Part shown: positions 22,986 through 34,339 of the stretch, one piece after another
Numbering within the stretch: the first letter of the stretch is position 1
Layout: every line of letters starts with the position of its first letter
Origin: Fistulifera solaris
Lineage: Eukaryota
Reading direction: 5' to 3'
NCBI GenBank assembly: GCA_030295235.1
Contig: AP026132.1
Coordinates: 1,240,001 to 1,304,000, forward strand
Length of the DNA: 64,000 bases
Translations under genes and position numbers: made by a program
Notes under the pieces: model-generated
The model's input: only the letters and a program-made list of their open reading frames with translations
Databases searched by the model: none
Told to the model about the DNA's origin: nothing

Positions 22986-23607
22986 AACGTTAGGGTTATG
23001 GTTTATTCTTTTAGTTGTTACGGAGTACGGAGTATTATTTTTGCTGTACGCTGTACAATTTGGCTTACAGTTTTCCAGTAGATTTTCTGAATTCCTGACT
23101 GGACACTACTTACCTATTGACAAATATTGTATGAATAAAGCTGTGTAGAAATACGCAAGGCTTAAGCCCCATGCGCGTCTGGACATTTAATGCGAGACAC
23201 TGAAAATGCGAACATTAATCAAAATCGAAACCGGTTTCGTAATCGGCATTGATATTTGCTTCATAGTAAACGTCAGTGAATTCCCTTGTGTCTTTTTTTT
23301 GTATCAACGTCAAACGCGGTTTCTTTGCAACTTGTCTTTGGTAATTGAGCGTTTGGGCATACAGAACAAGTAGGGAACAAGAAACTGAAAGGGACAAAAA
23401 ATCCGATACACGACACTGAGAGAACTCGTTGCCCGAATAGAAAGTACTCCGTAGAAAGGAGAAGTGGGTCTCCGATTTCGTTGTTGAACGATCGCAAATT
23501 GCACACCCGAAACTACGACCATCGACCATTTAACAATCACCCCAAGCTGTTTACTTGTACCTCCACACAAATTACAATTGACCAACCACCTTGGATGTAG
23601 ATGAAGC

Positions 23608-24749
23608 ATGAAGCAGCATGAGGAGAGACTCGGAAGCGAGCAAGAAAATGTAAATACGTTAGCAGTGAAAGAAGAGCGTTTAGCTGCCGGTCAATGCCCA
23701 ACGTGTGGGCAACAACTCTATACGTTTCGAAAGACGGGCATTTGCTGCTGTCTCGTAAAGAAAAAGTGTGCGAAAGGTTCCTTTGACGATACCAAATCTT
23801 GTGGAAAGAGGACAGTGCTGTCGTTGCGAACAAAACGACTCTTCAAAAACGTTTCAGACGGTCGATGCCTCCAGTTGTTGGAGTGAAAATGGTATTGCAG
23901 GAGCCGCCTTCGGAAGCCTACTTGATCCAATCGCGTATCATGGTACCAGCAGGGAACCAGGGCGCGGCTCCTTACCTCACACTAAGAGAAACACAAAATA
24001 GTGACCATCGTACGGGTTCCCCTGCTTCGGTGCCACCCGAGTTTTCCGCTACTCTTGGTGCTATGAAGACAGCCGTGTACGAAGGCGAATACAACAGTAA
24101 AGGGGAAAAGCATGGGGAAGGGATAATGACATGGAGCAATGGAGATGTCTTCAAAGGGAGCTTTGAAAATGACAAACGCTGTGGTCAAGGTACTATAGAA
24201 TTCAACGGAGTAAATCAAGATGGCGGAGAGTACGTCGGAGAATGGCGTAACGACAAGATGCATGGCAATGGAACACGTCGATACCCTAACGGAGACATGT
24301 ACGTTGGCAATTTCGATGAAGGGAAGCGAGAAGGAGAAGGACGGTTTTATTTCAGCAACGGCGACATGTATTTCGGTCAATGGCAAAACAATCAAATGCA
24401 CGGTCCTGGTCATTATTACTTTTCATCGGGCACTCGTTTTGAAGGTATGTTTTTGTTTAACAAAAGAAATGGAAAAGGAAAGACGCAGGGCAGTTCAGGC
24501 AGTCTAGACATCTTTCAATATATCAATGATGAACGTGTTGGGCAAGGAGTGCGGTTTGACGCCAAACGGACCCGAGCTTGGAGACTCATTCAGCGAACCG
24601 ATGGCGCTATTCGGCAAATCGGTTCCGCTCCTCTGGAACGACAGCGCATAACATTGCCAGAGGCTGTCAGCCTCGTCTATGAAATTGAAAATGCATCCGA
24701 TTCGTACGTCGAGGACGTTCTTGTTAGCCGAGGGTTGAATACACCGTAA
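23608..24749 (+). CDS. MORN-repeat protein with N-terminal CxxC..CxxC zinc ribbon (paralogue 1); two frameshifts at A-runs (~23761-23765, ~23845-23849)
   Basis: Multiple YxGxWxNDKxHGxG MORN repeats. The N-terminal GQCPTCGQQLY and PLTIPNLVERGQCCRC segments lie in different frames but match paralogue 2. Confidence 0.82.
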
Positions 24750-25253
24750 ATTTATTCATAATCGATCTATCTGTTGCTTTGTTCTCCCTAGCTTGGTTTC
24801 AAACCTTAACCCCAAATGGCTATCAGGCTTTCAGCTTCAATGGCTTTTACGGGTATACGACGGACGGTATGACAAGTGACAAGCAAGCAAGGGCAACTGT
24901 TCTCTGTTAAGTACACTCTAATGTACACTCTATTTCAAGCACGATCTAATTTTCAAAAGCAAGAATGAGCTTAAGACGAGAAACTATAAGTGTTATGTGT
25001 AATAAACAGTTGGTGTTAAGAGGTTTCATGCCGTTTTGCACGTGTTCTCTACTGGTTGACTCTAAGTTGGTTCTTACTTGACAGTTTCTGGTCATGAAAG
25101 GAACCAACGAGATAAGAGAAGGTGAGACGCTGTTTGTGGAGTGGCTCTTTCGCCCGTCGGAGCGCTTTGGGCCGACATCTCCTCGAGCATGTTTGTCACC
25201 TCGTTTGAAGGGCTCCTGCCTTGCTGCTTTTGAATTAAAAAAAAAATAATAGC

Positions 25254-26423
25254 ATGAGAATGGAGCAGCCAGCGGTTCGACCGGACTTGTTAAACACAGC
25301 AACTCCGGCGGAGGATGACTTGGTGGAACATCGATTACAACACGGACAGTGCGGTTCCTGCGGGCAACAACTCTACGGATTCGAGATGGAAAGTTCGTGC
25401 TGCTTCGCGGCTTTGTTTTCAAAGAAAAGAAACGAATTGACGATGAATCCGCTCACGATTCCGAATCTTGTCGAGCATGGAAAGTGTTTAAAGTGCAATA
25501 TCTCGCCTCACGCATCCAACCACTCAGAAGAACCGAGCGAAGCAAGCAATCCAGCTACGAACACAACAACAAACAGAGTCGAACAAGATGCACGAAAAGA
25601 ACCTCCCAAGGCCAAGAAATCCTTATCTTTCAAAAAGGCGCCTTTGTTTCAACGCGCGACAGTCGCTGGAGCTGCTTATGTGCCCCACGAGGAAAGCGGT
25701 GTCATGATACCGATTTCTCCTTCTCAATCAAACTCTTCCTCGTCATCTTCCTCCTCGAATTTAGCCATATATCAAGGGGATTACAACGCCAAAGGAGAGC
25801 GACACGGTTACGGTACTATCACGTGGACAAACGGAGACGTCTATAAGGGTTCCTTTGTGCAAAATCAACGTCACGGACACGGTATACTCGTTTTTGCATC
25901 CCCGGATGCCGAAAAGCCGGATAACGGAGAGTATGTGGGAGACTGGAAAGAAAATCTTATGCACGGAGAGGGAACTCGCCGGTATCCCAACGGCGATGTT
26001 TATGTAGGTTATTATGAACAAGGGAAACGACACGGTCACGGGGAGTTTTATTATGCCAATGGCGATACGTACTCGGGACCATGGGAGAAGAACCATATGC
26101 AAGGCATCGGAAGGTATTATTACATGTCAGGACAACTCTTTGAGGGAATGTTTTTAATGAGTAAACGAAATGGTAAAGGCAAGATCGAACGAACAGACGG
26201 TTCCGTCGACTACTTTCAGTACGTCGATGATGTTCGAGTCGGATACGGTGTACGATGGAACGGAGATCGATCACTCGCATGGAAGTTAGCCTTGCTGCAA
26301 CCTTTCGGCGCCATTCGAGCCGAACCCATTTCTCTACCGGAAGCCACTTTATTACTCGAAGAGTTGGAAAAGATGTGTGATCAACACGTACAAACAATGA
26401 TGTTGACACTAATACTCGAGTGA
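25254..26423 (+). CDS. MORN-repeat protein with N-terminal zinc ribbon (paralogue 2)
   Basis: GQCGSCGQQLY..CC..PLTIPNLVEHGKCLKC, a low-complexity linker, then about 7 MORN repeats. Confidence 0.88.
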   Translation: MRMEQPAVRPDLLNTATPAEDDLVEHRLQHGQCGSCGQQLYGFEMESSCCFAALFSKKRNELTMNPLTIPNLVEHGKCLKCNISPHASNHSEEPSEASNPATNTTTNRVEQDARKEPPKAKKSLSFKKAPLFQRATVAGAAYVPHEESGVMIPISPSQSNSSSSSSSSNLAIYQGDYNAKGERHGYGTITWTNGDVYKGSFVQNQRHGHGILVFASPDAEKPDNGEYVGDWKENLMHGEGTRRYPNGDVYVGYYEQGKRHGHGEFYYANGDTYSGPWEKNHMQGIGRYYYMSGQLFEGMFLMSKRNGKGKIERTDGSVDYFQYVDDVRVGYGVRWNGDRSLAWKLALLQPFGAIRAEPISLPEATLLLEELEKMCDQHVQTMMLTLILE

Positions 26424-26512
26424 GTCTGTAAACTCAATCACATGCACAGTAAGATTTTTTTAATATTGTATTTTGCAAGATACGTTTTCGTACGCGTTAT
26501 AAGCAGTATTCT

Positions 26513-27742
26513 CTATGTACTTGACGACGACGGCGACGCTTCCTGCACCAGCGCATTCAAATTCAAGACTGGAGGCACACAGGGTCGGTAGAGCAAGCAA
26601 GTGTGACCCAACGTTTGAGTAACATGGGCTTGTAATTGTGCTGCAATGACCTGGCCTACCAACTTGGCATCCTTCTTCTTGTTGACAGCATTGTTTAACC
26701 GCACTTGTACCAACTCATGATCCCACAACAGTTGATCCAAATGTTCCATCCATTCGGGTTTTATCTTAATGGTCTTATACATCGCATTGAGCTTCTCCAC
26801 ATCCTCCTCAACTGGCTGTTCTTGCAAGGCCCATAGTTCTGAATCGACTACCATATCCTTGGCCCAGCTCACTTCGGGTAAAGTCCCCGCCGCTTTTTGT
26901 CGACCGGCCACCGATCGAAGTGCCGAGCGCATCGCCCCCGTCACCTGTTCATTGTACGTATCAATCGGCCATTCGGTAGGACGAGGAGTGATGCGTTGAC
27001 AAAACGCTGTGACCAATGAAGCACATGCCGGATCATCCATCAACTCCACCGTGATGCCCTTCTGTTGCAAGAATTGCACGCCCCCACCATCGACGCGGGG
27101 ATTTGGATCACGAAATCCAACAACAACCCGTTGTACGCCCGCCAACTGGAGTGCCAAGGCACAAGGAGGCGTTTGCCCGTAATGACAACACGGTTCGAGT
27201 GTCACATAGGCTGTCACCGATGCGTGGTCTGCTAACGGTTGAAAGAGAGGCGAAGGATCGTTGCGATATTGATTAGTCAATTCTTGTATTTGCGTGAATT
27301 CCGTACTGCGGGTCATATCAGAAGAACCGCTGAATTGTTCCAAAACACATTGAGCTGCCCGAACACCATCCGAAACATGTCCGGAGGCTTGTAATAAGGC
27401 AAATACTTCAGCATGGGGATATCCGGCACGAGGATGAAATCCTTGTCCGATGATTTGATTTTGATCATTCACTAAAACACAACCGACAGCCGGATTCGGA
27501 AACGTATGCCCTAAACCCATCTTCGCCCATGTGACAGCTTGATCCAGGAAGGCTTGATCGGTGGATGTGGCAGAAGTAGCATGTGAAGTAGTGATGGATG
27601 GATGTCGAGTCACGACATTCCGGCGTAAAGTTGTTTGCGTTTGAAAAGAATGCGCTGGGAAAGCTTGACAGAGCAATAGCAACAGAGAGGCGGGAAAGGC
27701 ACGATATATTAGAAAAGAAGGAACCATGATTGCGTGCTTCAC
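26513..27742 (-). CDS. Riboflavin-pathway pyrimidine deaminase (RibD/PyrD N-domain) fused to a C-terminal CRM/YhbY-like domain; plastid-type presequence
   Basis: TFPNPAVGCVLV, HAEV, YVTLEPCCHYGQTPPC and DPNPRVDGGG. The C-terminus reads WDHELVQVRL..AAQLQAHVTQTLGHTCLLYRP. The presequence ends AHS-FQ. Confidence 0.85.
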   Translation of the reverse strand: MKHAIMVPSFLIYRAFPASLLLLLCQAFPAHSFQTQTTLRRNVVTRHPSITTSHATSATSTDQAFLDQAVTWAKMGLGHTFPNPAVGCVLVNDQNQIIGQGFHPRAGYPHAEVFALLQASGHVSDGVRAAQCVLEQFSGSSDMTRSTEFTQIQELTNQYRNDPSPLFQPLADHASVTAYVTLEPCCHYGQTPPCALALQLAGVQRVVVGFRDPNPRVDGGGVQFLQQKGITVELMDDPACASLVTAFCQRITPRPTEWPIDTYNEQVTGAMRSALRSVAGRQKAAGTLPEVSWAKDMVVDSELWALQEQPVEEDVEKLNAMYKTIKIKPEWMEHLDQLLWDHELVQVRLNNAVNKKKDAKLVGQVIAAQLQAHVTQTLGHTCLLYRPCVPPVLNLNALVQEASPSSSST

Positions 27743-28160
27743 CTTCTACATGTCAATGTTTGACTGCGACCAGCTTTTCATCATGGTCGATATTTTTGAT
27801 GGCCGCGGCGGACGAGTTGCTACGGATGATGACGGCTTTCTCACGACTGAAGTCCAGTGGGATACAACTTGGCATTGGGTTGAAAACTATATAGTGCGCT
27901 GTATACAGAGAACATTAGCCGTCTCTCGATAAAAATTATGCCCCGATGCGTTAATAGACAATAAACGCAACTTTTATGTTGCAGCGCTTAATATCTAATG
28001 ACGACTTCAATGAAAATTCGTCATGTTCGTGTACGCCTCGTCTCTATTAAAAAACTCACAGCGAATATTATATACCTTTTGCACATCCGTTCTGCTGCAT
28101 CCTACTTGATGACGTGCTTATAAAATTTATGAACTTTCTTTATTTGTTGTCGATTGCTTT

Positions 28161-29303
28161 TCAAGGTCGCGGTGACGATTGGGCTCCAAAACTCACCCCC
28201 AGTAATCGGAAAGCACCCTTATCGTCTCCATCCAATGGCGAAGAGATAAGGTCCCATTGTACGCGTATTGACTGACGGGGAGCTATCTTTCCGACGGGGC
28301 TTGTTTCCCAGCTGCTTACATCTTTGCCATCACCCTCTCGATATGGCTCAATGATTAACGCCGGTGTCCCGTCGAGTCGAATCCGAGCTAATGCTTCGTG
28401 CGGTCCTACCTTGTAGGTCAAGTGCAACATACGCTCGGTATCAAACGGATTGTGAACTGTAAGGGACTGTTTCGCATCGTCGTAATAATAGTATTCGTCT
28501 CCCTCTAATGAATCATTAGAAATATCGAGCCGTCGCTTTCGCAAAAACGATGGCAAGTAAGACGAAACTTGGTGTGATGCTATCAGAGATCGCACCGCAC
28601 GTGGATTGAATTTCATCCATAAAGGTGGATTCGTTGTGGGATGAAACCAATAACACGCGTCCCCCAGTCCCCATGATCCGGAGTTTTTCACAGTCGCTTG
28701 TGATTCATCGTACAAGGAAGCCGTCGTCGTAGTAGTACGGGATGTTTCGAGTACTTTCTGGTCTTCTCTCTTACTTTCTGACGAGTTATGAATAGATTGT
28801 TGATGCACGGATATTTCCGCCGCAGGATATCGTTGTCGCAAGCGCTGCAACAAAAGTGAAAGGCTGGATTCGTCGTCAACTGCAGTGGTTGTGTCGGGAA
28901 GTAGTATGTCGATAATGTCGTACTCCAATTCCCCATCTCCTCTGTTGCTACTTGTTAACAACGATTGCAAGCAAGATGCTGCAACAGAAAGGGAATGCAT
29001 GTTCACGTTATGCGAGGACGACGATAAGTGATTTGCCGATGCGAGCAAGGTTTCAGATGTTCCCAAAATCAAACGATGCCGCCTCTTTTCTTTTGAATAG
29101 AAAGACTGTAGTTGATGCTTGTTCGTAGATGCAGATACAAACGATACAGCGGCAGTTGCTGCAGGTGTTTCTTCGGTGATTTGTCGTGTCAGTAACAATT
29201 GCGTCCGCAATTGCAATCCCGTCAAGATCATAACACTCGCTAGCGACAAGAACCAGCCGTATAATCGATAATGAGCAGAATAAGAATAGCCACGCTTGTA
29301 CAT
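28161..29303 (-). CDS. Hypothetical protein with N-terminal TM anchor (type II membrane-like)
   Basis: 380-aa ORF with one hydrophobic segment near the N-terminus; no family recognised. Confidence 0.6.
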   Translation of the reverse strand: MYKRGYSYSAHYRLYGWFLSLASVMILTGLQLRTQLLLTRQITEETPAATAAVSFVSASTNKHQLQSFYSKEKRRHRLILGTSETLLASANHLSSSSHNVNMHSLSVAASCLQSLLTSSNRGDGELEYDIIDILLPDTTTAVDDESSLSLLLQRLRQRYPAAEISVHQQSIHNSSESKREDQKVLETSRTTTTTASLYDESQATVKNSGSWGLGDACYWFHPTTNPPLWMKFNPRAVRSLIASHQVSSYLPSFLRKRRLDISNDSLEGDEYYYYDDAKQSLTVHNPFDTERMLHLTYKVGPHEALARIRLDGTPALIIEPYREGDGKDVSSWETSPVGKIAPRQSIRVQWDLISSPLDGDDKGAFRLLGVSFGAQSSPRP

Positions 29304-29610
29304 TTTGGATTCTGTTTCTCCCTATCACAATGGTTGACACCAAAGGAAAGAAGAATGACCCATTTTGTGTTTTCATTCTCGTCGGCTTCTCGCCGTTTCT
29401 CGGTGCGCCGAAGATTCCGAATTTTTGGCAAAGAAAAAAAGTCCCGAGCGGAAAGACCCCATGGCCTCGATAGTAAACTGTAGAGGGAGGACTACTCAAC
29501 ATCCTAGTCTGAAAAAATTTCACAGAGAAAGGTGATCTAGAGTCCGTGATCCCAAAGGAACAGTCGTGGACAATCTAAATACTCCGTAATAATTAACCGA
29601 GATCCAAGCA

Positions 29611-30058
29611 CCTGGGTTCCAGACTTTCTGGAACGGCCACAGAATCTCTGTTGGACCCAAAAACCAAAATTCCAGAATTTCTGGAACCGACACAGTATCT
29701 CCGTTTGACACAAAACATCAATTCCAGAGTTTCTGGAACCAACACAAAATATCGGTTTGACCCAAAACATCGATTCCAGAATTTTTGGAACTGCAACAGT
29801 ATCTCTGTTTGACCCAAAAAATCATCTCCAGAATTTCTGGAAATAGAACAGAATCTCTGTTTGATCCAAAACAAAAACTCCAGAATTTCTGGAAATAGAA
29901 CAGAATCTCTGTTTGATCCAAAACAAAAACTCCAGAATTTCTGGAACTACAACAGAATCTCTGTTTGATCCAAAACAAAAACTCCAGAATTTCTGGACTA
30001 AAACAGAATCTCTGTTTGACCCAAAAACACTGTTTCCAGAACTCTTTGACCCAAAACA
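29611..30058. repeat. Tandem minisatellite, 52-bp unit, about 8.5 copies, each with two internal palindromes
   Basis: CCAGA-type unit starts at 29619, 29672, 29724, 29776, 29828, 29880, 29932, 29984 and 30036. Consensus is close to CCAGAATTTCTGGAAATAGAACAGAATCTCTGTTTGATCCAAAACAAAAACT. Confidence 0.95.
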
Positions 30059-30130
30059 TTTTGGGTGATACGGAGTAATCGATAAGTGAATAGGCATTCC
30101 TTTACTCCGAAAGTATTATCTAACAGAGAG

Positions 30131-31522
30131 ATGGATACGAAAGAAGAGAAAGGCGGAAACAAAGTCCCTCCGTCGAACTCGAATGATATTGTTTCCTGCA
30201 ACGAGGATGGCGCCCATGATGACGATGATGTTCCTCCGACACTGATCGATCTTTCTCGTAACGACGACAAAGTTTCGTCCTCGTTCGCATCTGCGACACC
30301 ACAATTGCTAGTCCGAAAAGAACCATGTCCCTTGACGATATTGTCGGGATTCTTGGGGGCAGGAAAGACAACATTAATTCAATATATTTTGCAATCTCCC
30401 GATCACGGAAAACGAATTGCCGTGATTGAAAATGAATACGGAGGCGACGACGACAACAAAAGTACCGACACTCCAAATGAGATTACAAACAGTAGAAACC
30501 TCCGCGTAGAGTCCCTCATTGCGCAAGATGGATTAGCTTTACAAGATGAGGACGTGAAGCGGAACTTACTCGACATGATCGAATTGCCAAACGGATGTGT
30601 TTGTTGTACTGTGAAGGACAAGTTAGTGCAAACGCTCGAAGCACTTTTACAAGCTCGACCAGATCTCGACTATATACTTTTGGAATGTTCCGGAATGGCG
30701 AATCCGGGGCCATTGGCGACGACCTTTTGGTTGGATGACGCCTTGGAGTCGCAGTTGCGTTTGGATGGCATTGTCACGCTAGTTGACGCCAAGTACATTG
30801 AGAAGCAACTTGATACGACCATTGAAGCTTCTCAACAAATTGCGTATGCCGACCGAATATTAATCAACAAGGCTGATCTTTTTGTTCATAATGAGAATAC
30901 GAAGGAAGGAACCGATCCATTGCATCGGGTTCAGGAACGCATCCTACGATTGAATCCCTTGGCCGAAATGAAAACATGTACCTACAGTCGAATACCCGAT
31001 CTGAGTTGGATCTTGGATGCTCAGTTGTTTGATCCGAACAGGTTTGACGCAACTATTTCTCTGGAGAACGAACACGATCATTGTCATGACCATAATCATG
31101 TTCATGATAACGATTTTTCGAATGATTGTGAAAAGTGTGCTCACAACCACGCGCATACGGACGCCATATCGACGATCACACTGCATTACGATGGGTGTAT
31201 ACAATCACTTGATGTGTTGAATCGCTGGTTGGCTGAATTGTTGTGGCCCGATCAAGATGGTCATTCGAGTTTGCAGGCAACAGCAACATCGACGAACACC
31301 ATGTCGATTCTACGTCTCAAAGGCATTGTGGCGATACCGAATCATCGAGAACATTATATTGTTCAAGCCGTTTACGATACATGGCAAGTAACGCCGGCAA
31401 AAACGGCGACATTTGCGACAGACGCCGACAAGGCTTGTCAATTGATCGTCATCGGCAAGCATTTAGACGAAACCATGTTACGAGCTGGTTTTCAAAACTG
31501 CCTTGCATGGTATGAAAAGTAA
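30131..31522 (+). CDS. COG0523/CobW-family (ZNG1-like) metal-chaperone GTPase
   Basis: SGFLGAGKTT, AVIENEYG, ELPNGCVCC (CxCC), ECSGMANP, NKAD, a His-rich insert (HDHCHDHNHVHD) and a CobW_C domain (LRLKG..VQAV..IVIG). Confidence 0.92.
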   Translation: MDTKEEKGGNKVPPSNSNDIVSCNEDGAHDDDDVPPTLIDLSRNDDKVSSSFASATPQLLVRKEPCPLTILSGFLGAGKTTLIQYILQSPDHGKRIAVIENEYGGDDDNKSTDTPNEITNSRNLRVESLIAQDGLALQDEDVKRNLLDMIELPNGCVCCTVKDKLVQTLEALLQARPDLDYILLECSGMANPGPLATTFWLDDALESQLRLDGIVTLVDAKYIEKQLDTTIEASQQIAYADRILINKADLFVHNENTKEGTDPLHRVQERILRLNPLAEMKTCTYSRIPDLSWILDAQLFDPNRFDATISLENEHDHCHDHNHVHDNDFSNDCEKCAHNHAHTDAISTITLHYDGCIQSLDVLNRWLAELLWPDQDGHSSLQATATSTNTMSILRLKGIVAIPNHREHYIVQAVYDTWQVTPAKTATFATDADKACQLIVIGKHLDETMLRAGFQNCLAWYEK

Positions 31523-31578
31523 AGAGAGGCTAGACTAGGCTACTTTAATGATAAAAAAGGTTTTTTCTTTATTTTTCT

Positions 31579-32748
31579 TCATAACGGTACCTGTCTAAAA
31601 GGAGCGTTGACACTCAACGAAACATCTTCTTTGGTGACAGGGTGTCGGAACTTGATTGATTTGGCGTGTACGCAAGTTTTCTTTGAAGCAAGGGCAGCTT
31701 GGACAGCATCGCTAGCTCGGCTCTTGTTTGGCAGCAATTGATCTTGCTCAGCAGCCGTCAAACCTCCATTGGGGGCAGCACTGCCTCCCTTTCCGTACGT
31801 GGCGTCTCCGACAATAGGGTGCCCCATGGCAGCCAAATGAACATTCAACTGATGAGTTCTTCCAGAAATACTGTGCAACAAAACACGGGTGACGGGTTGT
31901 CCGTCAACTTCTTCCCTTGCCCAAAACTTCATACTTTGTCAAACTATCCTTGGGCAGTTGTAGCAATTTCTTGCTAACATCACTTCCTTCCAGAGTGAGG
32001 AGTGCTTGTTGGTGCGCCTCGGTAGAGACTCGCATAAACGGAGGGAACTCGTAATCGCGCATAAGAGGAAGGTGAATAATACCGCTAGCTTGTTCCATGT
32101 GTCCACAGACCAAGGCTTCGTATGTTCGTTCGATCTTGCGTGTGCGAAAGACCGTGTTCATGCCCCGCACGGCTTCGGCCGTCTTTCCCAAGATAACCAA
32201 GCCAGATGTATCAAATCCAAGTCGGTGCACTACCATCTTGTCGGCGCGGTCGAGGGAAGAACCAAAGTGATCATAGACAGCTTGCGCCAAACTCGGATGA
32301 TCTGCAGACATTGATAAAACACCCGCCGGCTTGTTGACAACAATCACATGATCGTCTTCGAATACAACTTTAATGTCCTGTTTTGTTTAAAAATTGATAG
32401 GATAAATATAAGGAAAGGATTAGCAGTGAGTAATATTATTCAAATAAAACTTCAACACACGTCTTTCATCTCTTATGCATCATGACTCACCTCTTTACTC
32501 AATTTCGCAGAAGTCGCATCCTTTTCGCGTAGTTTCGCGAGCTGTGCTTGCAAGCGCGAGTTAACATCGGCAGCAGAGAGAGAAGAAGCTCCATTGACGG
32601 CGTTTCCGGAAGCAACATTGACCGACGCATCCGTGTCTGCTTCTACCGTGCTGTAGAACACCGAGTGCTGCTGTCTCGAAACGGAAGGTACAAAGGCGGT
32701 CGCTCCGTTTACCGTCAACAACAAACAAACAAGAGAATGAAAGCGCAT
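31579..32748 (-). CDS. RluA-family pseudouridine synthase-like protein A, plastid-targeted; intron 32378-32490; frameshift ~31921; catalytic Asp replaced by Gly
   Basis: ATA-FVP presequence, DIKVVFEDDHVIVVNKPAG, VHRLGFDTSGL, RTYEALV, SGRTHQLNVHLAAMGHPIVGD and CVHA..FRHP. Confidence 0.85.
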
Positions 32749-33262
32749 GATTCTATTATGTGCACTGCGATAGAATTAATTATTGAATCAATATCGCAGG
32801 AAAGAGAGGGAAACACAGACGTTTGTTGTCGAGTGAATGTAAGCACTTTTGATGGCTTGAGCGATGATGTGGACGGCAGCGTTGAAATTACTGCAAAACA
32901 TCGAAACGCCCTTTCGCGAGTGATGGATGGCCAGGTTCTTTCGCGGCCTCAGTTTACTATAGGTTTGTGAGTGAATGTCCCTGCGCTGGTAGCCATCCAA
33001 ACCTTGGCCATCACACAAACGATAGGTTATGAGTTTCGTCAAGCTGGGTCACTGACGCAAGCGATAAACCAAAACCTTGTGTTCCGCGCGGAGGCACGAA
33101 GGACGGTTTGCAATGAGTCACGAGTGATGAACCCAGAATAATCAAGATGACGTATGATCAGAACCAGAAACACACCCATTTCTTTTTTTGATTTTTCAGA
33201 AAAGTCACAAAACGTGAAGACGTAAGTGAGCAGTGCCTATCAAAGACTACTGTACCTGTAAC

Positions 33263-33568
33263 TAGACATGTGACTCCCTCTAAAATTCTGTGGCAGTGAA
33301 GTGACTTCCAAGGCAAGCTCTCGGCAGTGAAGTGGAAGTGAAATCACTCCCGTGTCGCACTGAGTATAGTATGTGCTAAACTGTACTCTTGTCAGTCACT
33401 TACTCTAGGGACTGCCTCAAGTGCACTAGGGTTTTGACTTCCTACGTAGCTTTACGTAGGTGTAGTACTTGGCAGTGAACCCTTTTGGCTTGGAAGTGAA
33501 GTGAAGTGGAAGTGAAATTTCCTCACGGCAGTGAAGTGGACGTCAGCAGTGCAGAAGTCACATGTCTA
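33263..33568. mobile_element. Non-autonomous hAT-type element (306 bp) with 13-bp TIR and 8-bp TSD
   Basis: TAGACATGTGACT (33263-33275) and AGTCACATGTCTA (33556-33568), with CCTGTAAC on both flanks. Repeated subterminal GGCAGTGAAGTG motifs. Confidence 0.92.
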
Positions 33569-34339
33569 CCTGTAACTTTTGATTTCTTGTTTCATTTTTT
33601 GTTTGTCTGACTGCAAATTCCGATTAAAACAAGACGAAAGGAGCAGGACTTTCGACGTTGCGAAATTCATCAAAGACGTTGCACTTTCCTAACGTTAACT
33701 TGGTGGCCGAAATTCGACAAACGTTCAATCTGCACATAGACGAAAACACAGAAAGGCGTGGGAAAACGCAAGACGGCCTCGGGAAGGTATGTCATCCTAA
33801 GTATCCTTAGGAATAGTCTTATGAGAAGTACATTGGATGGTGTTGCGTAAGTACAAAAATTCTTACCAGTGATAAAGTACTTAAGCCGAGAATTAGAGAT
33901 ACAATGGCGCGCCATGGCGCACCTAAAAGAAGAACCCCATCACCGAATGCATTCTCTGAATCACAGTCCATGGTGGCAAGTACTCTGGTTGGATCTTTTT
34001 CGTACAGAAAGGCTTCGTTTTTGTGTCGACTTCACACGCCGGCCGGCGCTGAATTCTGAAATTACGCTGATTTCGCTTCGGACGAACTCTCAACGTACGT
34101 AAAAGATGTACCACGTCCAACGCTCGGCGATCTGAGCTCACCACGTCCAGTGCTGCTGTGGGGCTGAGATTTTCCGCAAGACAATCAGATGAATTGTGGG
34201 CCTTTTTCTCTGCTGCGGTGTGTGTACGTCGGTGACAGCACAAAATTTCGAAAATAGCATTGGGAAAACATTCGATGCATTGTGAGGTGTTATATCATCC
34301 TTAAACGTAATACAATATACAAAACATTACTCCATTGCA

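Noticed and set aside
22990..23005. Telomere-like TTAGGG/TAACC snippets (also near 20470, 24802 and 37540)
   Set aside because: Only 1-2 degenerate units each, which is compatible with chance.
29611..30058. Palindromic regularly spaced repeats resembling a CRISPR array
   Set aside because: The intervening sequences are themselves repeated, so there are no unique spacers. No cas genes are present and the context is eukaryotic.
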